From the human T2T-CHM13v2.0 reference genome, Homo sapiens: 64,000 nucleotides of DNA. The notes beneath the pieces are model-generated. The model ran no database searches and had not been told where the DNA came from. It saw only the letters and a list, made by a program, of their open reading frames with translations. Location: the NCBI RefSeq assembly GCF_009914755.1, contig NC_060927.1; one strand, 5' to 3'. Position numbers and translations under genes: made by a program. Of this stretch, positions 58,470 to 64,000 are shown piece by piece (the stretch's first letter is position 1; each line of letters starts with the position of its first letter).

Positions 58470-58517
58470 CTATATCCGTTTCTCTTCCTGTTAGTCTACA
58501 GAATCCTTACTAATACA
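57876..58517 (+). mobile_element. MLT2 (ERVL) solo LTR containing TA-rich and (CA)n microsatellite (58438-58468)
   Basis: tatgatggttaattttatgtatcaa...gtgggcttcatccaatccattg...ccttactaataca. Confidence 0.88.
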
Positions 58518-58521
58518 CTAA

Positions 58522-60109
58522 TCACTTACAGACTCAGTGCTATTCCTATTAAACTACCAATGACATTCTTCACAGAATTAGAAAAAAATGATTTTAAAAT
58601 TTATATGGAACCAAAAAAGAGCCTGAATAGCCAAGGCAATCCTAAGTAAAAAGACATAAGCTGGAGGCATCACATTACTGGACTTCAAACTATACTATGG
58701 TATTCAAAAACACTACAGTAACAAAAACAGCATTGTACCAGTACAGCATGGTACAAAAACAGACATATAGAGCATTGGAATAAAATAGGGAGCCCAGAAA
58801 TAAAGCCACACCCAGAACCGTATGACCTTTGACAAAATTGACAAAAAACAAACATAGAGGAAAGGACTCCCTATTCAGTAACTGACGTTGGGATTACTGC
58901 TTAGCCATATATGGAAGATTGAAACTGAACCCTTTCTTTATGCCATATACAAAAATTCATTCAAGATGAATTAAGACTTAAATCTAAAACTGAAAACAAT
59001 AAAAACCCCGGAAGGTAAACTAGGAAATACTATTCTGGACATAGGACCTGGCAAAGAATTCATGATGAAGACATCAAATGCAATCGCATCAAAACAAAAC
59101 TTGACAAATGGGACATAATTAAACTAAAAGCTTCTGCACAGCAAAAGAAACTATCAACTGAGTAAACAGACGGCCTACAAAATGGGAGAAAATGTTTGCC
59201 AAGTATTCATCCGACACAGGTCTCATATCCAGCATCAACAAGGGATTTAAACAAATTTACAAGCAAAAATCAATCCCATAAAAAAGTAGGCAAAGGACAT
59301 GAACAGATAAGTGTCCAAAGATGACATATACATGGCCAAAAAGCACATTAAAAATGCTCAAGATCACTAATCATTAGAGAAATGCCAATTCAAACCACAA
59401 TAAGATACTAACTCACACCAGTCAGAATGGCTATTATAAAATAGTCAACAAATAACAGATGCTGGAAAGGTTGTAGAGAAAAAGGAATGCTTATACGCTG
59501 CTGATGGGAATGTAAATTAGTTCAGCCATTTAAGCAGTTTGATGATTTTTCAAAGGGCTTAGAATTACCACTTGACCCAGCAATCTCATTATTGGGTATA
59601 TACATAAAGGAACACAAATCATTCTACCAAAAAGACACATACCCACATGTTCATTGCAGTACTATTCACAAAAGCAAAGACATAGAATCAACCTGGGTGC
59701 CTATCAATGATAGACTATATTAAAGAAAATGTAATACATATACACCATGGAATACTATGCAACCATAAAAATGAATTATTTCATGTCCTTTGCAGCAACA
59801 TGAACTGAGTTGGGGGCCATTATCCTAAGCAAACTAATGCAGGAACAGAAAAACAAATACCACATGTTCTCACTTATAAGTGGGAGCTAAATGTTGAGTG
59901 CATATGGTCACAAAGAAGGATTAACAGACATTGGGGCCTACTTGAGGATGAAGGGGTGGGGGAGGGCAAGGATTGAAAGCTATAAATAGGATATTATGCT
60001 TATTACTTGGGTGATTAAATAATCTGTATACAAAATGCCCTCAACACGCAATTTACCTATTTAACAAACCTGCACATGTACCCTTGAACCTAAAATAAAA
60101 GTTAAAAAA
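58522..60109 (+). mobile_element. 5'-truncated L1PA15/16-like element (ORF2 end and 3'UTR)
   Basis: [15 protein letters not shown]; 3'UTR ttctcacttataagtgggagctaaat...aacctgcacatgtacccttgaacctaaaataaaagttaaaaa. Confidence 0.88.
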
Positions 60110-60859
60110 CATTAATTTAAAAAATGTTTTTAAAGAAATGATGGTGTGGGGTATACGAGAATTCTCTATCTCCTATTTTTGCACTTTTTTGGTAAGTCTA
60201 AAACTGTACTAAAGTAAAAAGTTTATTTTTCAAAAATTAAATTCATTAATGTTGGTTTAATTCTTCACAGCATTGTAATGTAGATTAATGAGGCTAACCT
60301 ATGTAAAGTTTTTAGAACAATGCCAAGCACAAAGTAAATGTCAACAAATACTACCTATTATTATTAATGTATCATGCATGTTTATTTCATCAATTTTTTA
60401 CAAGACTGCAATTTTCTTGTCTCTGCCTGAGACTTATTATTTATTTTTGTAATCTCTGGGGATTGATTTTATTATTTCTGCATATGGCAGACTCTGGAAA
60501 TTGAAAAAGAAAAGCCGAAATGAATTATTCAATAAGTAAGTATGGAGAATATATTTTGTGTTTTATACTAGTCTGTCTATTACAGAAGTAAAAAAAAAAA
60601 AAACAGAAAATGTTTTAAAGAAACCTAAATCTCATCTGGTGGGACTTACTTTTTATGTTCTTTTTTTTTTTTTTGCTATTTTCTATTTTTGAACTTTTTT
60701 CACTCCATCTTACTCTGAATAGAGCTAATATAAATATGTGAGTTAACCAGATAATAAATAAAAAGACATAGAAGTAATAATGTCATGTTCAATATGTAAA
60801 TAACTCTCCCAATTACGCATAAAACTCTTTCTGGGAAGAAATGTTTAAGGACTGAGTGA

Positions 60860-61025
60860 CCTGAAGTCACACCCTGCAAGCTGTGTGCATTGAGCAAGTT
60901 TCTTAGCCTCTATGTTTCAGTTTATCCCATTTATAGATAAAGATAAAAGAGTGGTTATTGTGAGAAATAGGCTACGTAGATGAAGGAGCTAAAATAAATA
61001 GTGTGTGCTCAATAAATTGCCACTA
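60860..61025 (+). mobile_element. MIR
   Basis: gctgtgtgcattgagcaagtttcttagcctctatgtttcagttt...gtgctcaataaa. Confidence 0.7.
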
Positions 61026-62727
61026 ATTTATGCAGTTATTCCAGCAATAAAAATTCATTATTTATTAATTTTGAACCTTGGGTGTTGAAGAAAAAGTACA
61101 TCACTGAATAGGTAGGACGTTGTTAAAACGTTCTATATTATCTGATGCTGATATTATGTTAAGTGAGTAGCATCAAATTGCTTCCCAATTAAGGAATTTT
61201 TCAGAGGTCTTTTTCCTCCATCTCTCTATTACAAATAGAATCACAGCATAATATTGCACCTAAAAATTATGTCCCTTAACGATATGCTTTTTTACCTGTA
61301 TTTGATGTCTGAGATTAAAAATAAAAAAAATTCTAGAAATACTAGCACATTTATTATAGATCGTTTTTCACCTTCAAAATCATTTCATGTCTCATTGATG
61401 CATTATTCCTCTGTCATTAATTTTCCTCATCCCATCTTTGGTGTCCCATTTTTCTTGTCACTCTTATTTCTCTTTTATCTGTCTATGACTGTGTATACGT
61501 TAAGACTGTCATATTTTATTGCCAATTTTGGTTATGAAGTATATTTTCCATCTATTCAGGTTTTCCCCCTCAAATTACTTCTGTTTTATTTTTGTTTTCA
61601 TAAACCATATATTCACAGGTTTAATGACATTCTTAGGCACACAAATGATTTCCTGTCTCTGCTGTCCTCATTCTTGACAGCATGTGACTTTCAGATGAAT
61701 CTATTTTTACTGAATCACTTGCTCATCATTTTGTTTCTCTCTTATTCTAATCATGGATTTTTATAAAGTGACTCTTAAAATCTTAGTTTCTATGCTTCTC
61801 AAAGAAGCAGCTCTGTTTTATTGCCTGAATCAGTGTCAAGAAACCTCCCAGTAGCCTTGTTCCTCAATCTGAAGATGATTGTCTATGAGATGAAACTTGT
61901 ATAATGAATTGAAGTTTACCAAGTCTTTAGGTTCCTTGGATGAAGTTGAAATAAGAGTTGAAATCTTGTTTGCACAGATGCAGGGGATGATGATTTCAGT
62001 GTTAACTTTGTTTCACCACACACCAATAAGCAGCAGTTTTTGGCAGAGTCTTTGCTGGGGATTCTCCAGCAGCTCAGGTAAAACTGCAAAACGCAACAAA
62101 AAATTCCTCTACTTTACTTCTAAGTGGAAGAGAGAGTAGATGCTCTTTCACAGGCTGGAAAGGCACTTATCATGTTGAAAGGACCAGTTTAGCACTGAAG
62201 ATTGCTAATGGGCTCTGCAAGATGACTCACAATTTATAAGCATTTCTGGCAGAGGGTTGAAGGTTTTATAACTTAGTGAACTGAGGGCCAAAGGACTGTG
62301 TCTTAATTTATGGGGAAATAGAAAAGATTTAACATCGTTCTTCTCTTGTCAAAAAGTAAAGTTTTACTTTTTCCCCATGGAGTGTCGTGTGTGTGTGTGT
62401 CTAGCTCAGTGTGGTGACATTAAAAATACCAGAGGCCTCATGAATGTCCCTGAGGCAAGTGCCTGCCTTGAGGGGGCCTGCACTGGCCTGATGCATCTCG
62501 GAGTTGAACCTGCCCTGACATGGTGTTTTTGAGGTCAGTCCATTCCCTGGTCTCATCTGGCTACTCAGATTCTCAGGGAAATACACCTAGTCTTCAGTGG
62601 AAAACTCTGAGTAAAGGTTTGGGATTCTAAAGTGAGGTCTTTTCTTCTGTTCTCTTCCTTTTATTTATAACTTTAAAGAAAGGATTAGCATAAACCATTA
62701 TGGCATTACATAAACAAAAAAAAAGCA

Positions 62728-62950
62728 ACTATTGATTGAGTGCCTTCTGTGAGTTAAGGACTTTTTTTGATGCTTTACATAAATTATTTCATTTATTCCA
62801 ACAGGAGATATTGTTATGCTCATTTTAGGATTGGTGTAAAGCAAGCCTTTCTGAAGTCAAGCAATGTGCTTGAAATCACTCAGCTAGAAACAGGGGAGGC
62901 TGAATTCGAACCCAGATTTCTGACTCTAAAGTTTGTATCTTTAACCAACT
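62728..62950 (-). mobile_element. MIR
   Basis: attgagtgccttctgtg...cagctagaaacaggggaggctgaattcgaacccagatttctgactc. Confidence 0.8.
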
Positions 62951-63834
62951 TTTCACTTTATTAACACGCTCTTTGCCACTCTCTTTTCATGCCAAAATAT
63001 GTGCTAATATGACATAAAGGAGAGAATTGTTCGCCTCCCTGATTCTTTTTGCCTGGAGAAAACATTTGCACAAGCTAAGCAATCAATATGTTTATTACCT
63101 TACAAAGAGTTGTTCAGAGAAATATAACATCAGGCACATGTATCATGTTGATGCTTCAGAAATTGTATCAGTGCCCTATCAAATAAGCTACTCTGCGGAC
63201 TCTGGCTCTCCATGAGCAATACCTGAGATGTATAATTTCATCTTTGGCTTTTTCCTTGGCTCTGGTAACATTTTGTGTCTGCTGTGAGGTAAACTCCGAA
63301 GACTAGTACAAACAGAATGTCATAGTTATTTTAACAAAACCAAATCTGGCTTGAGCTTTATAAGCCAGATCGGCTTAATACCCAGTGGAATATCCTCAAA
63401 ATTGTCCCTTAAAAGTCCAAACCACACATCTTTATTAGATCCTGCCTCAATCTTTGAATCATGTTTCTCATCCCTACCTTTACCAATTCAGCTCCCTTTT
63501 GACTGAAATACTATTATTCCCTCCTTTACTCTTCCTGCCTCTCTGAAAAAAATCCTAACCAGCTTCCTTCTTAGCAATTACTTTTTTCACTAACAGAAAC
63601 TGAAGATTCTCTTGAGCCATGGAAGGAGAATTGGATAGTTAAAGCAAATAGAAAATTTTAGAGAGGAGGCAAGATCATTGTTGATTGCAGAGAGGAGGCA
63701 AGCTCATTATTGAATGTTCACTATCTGCTCAAGAATTTTTTAAAAACGTGAAATTTTGTGGAGAAGCTACACATCAAGAAGTAGAGATGAAGATAGGGAG
63801 TGTAGAGAAGAGCCAATGAGGGTTAAAAGAGTGT

Positions 63835-64000
63835 TACAGCATAGTCAATGAGAGGCATGGATTTGAAGTCAGGTAGCATGGGCTCAAAGCCAGTTTTAAA
63901 CTCTCTAACTTTGTGATCTTGGATGTGTTATTCCACTTCCATAAACCTGAATTTTCTCTTTGAGAAAATTGGGATAATATCTATACCCATAGGTTGTTGT
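63835..64000 (+). mobile_element. MIR, cut by the window edge
   Basis: tgtgatcttggatgtgttattccacttccataaacctgaattttctc...ataggttgttgt. Confidence 0.7.

Larger units (their letters stand above)
43860..60230 (+). mobile_element. Old L1MC-like element (5' end, ORF1 ~44940-45760, EN region ~50100-50950, 3' pieces 56760-57494 and 60120-60230) hosting nested insertions
   Basis: ORF1-like peptide DAFDGFVSRLDIAEEKISELEDRSIE; L1MC-type 3'UTR (gtggagaaacctgaaaaatactatctcaacc...gtctaaaactgtactaaagtaaaaagttt). Confidence 0.7.

Noticed and set aside
58335-58470. Quasi-palindromic TA/GA-rich tract and (CA)n
   Set aside because: Common microsatellite expansion inside MLT2 LTRs
61254-61766. 170-aa hydrophobic ORF
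   Set aside because: TTG start and a T-rich strand produce the F/L/I/S bias; no family features
61978-62077. Possible 100-nt exon (ttgtttgcacag|...cag|gtaaaa)
   Set aside because: Weak donor, no partner exons and no coding signal; cannot be supported without transcript data

Overview
AT-rich, CpG-poor primate (most likely human) non-coding DNA made up mostly of transposable-element relics. I find no supportable host protein-coding gene, RNA gene or CRISPR array; nearly all listed ORFs are L1, ERV, MaLR or Alu read-throughs. Main contents: (1) a 5'-truncated MER66/HERV-V-like provirus with an env relic; (2) a TSD-flanked L1PA5-like element whose 5'UTR looks spliced and whose ORF2 is interrupted by an antisense 968-bp HERV-K LTR5_Hs-type solo LTR; (3) three two-LTR MaLR proviruses (THE1B-, THE1C- and MSTA-like), the last with an LTR12C inside its 3' LTR; (4) an approximately 16-kb nested stack of elements inside one MIR; (5) a 31.7-35.6 kb cluster of locally templated direct and inverted duplications. 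I see no evidence for a new multi-gene system. The best leads are the spliced L1 with an apparently non-standard acceptor, the templated-insertion cluster and a triple-octamer site in non-repeat DNA. Subfamily names are recalled from consensus sequences, not from alignments.
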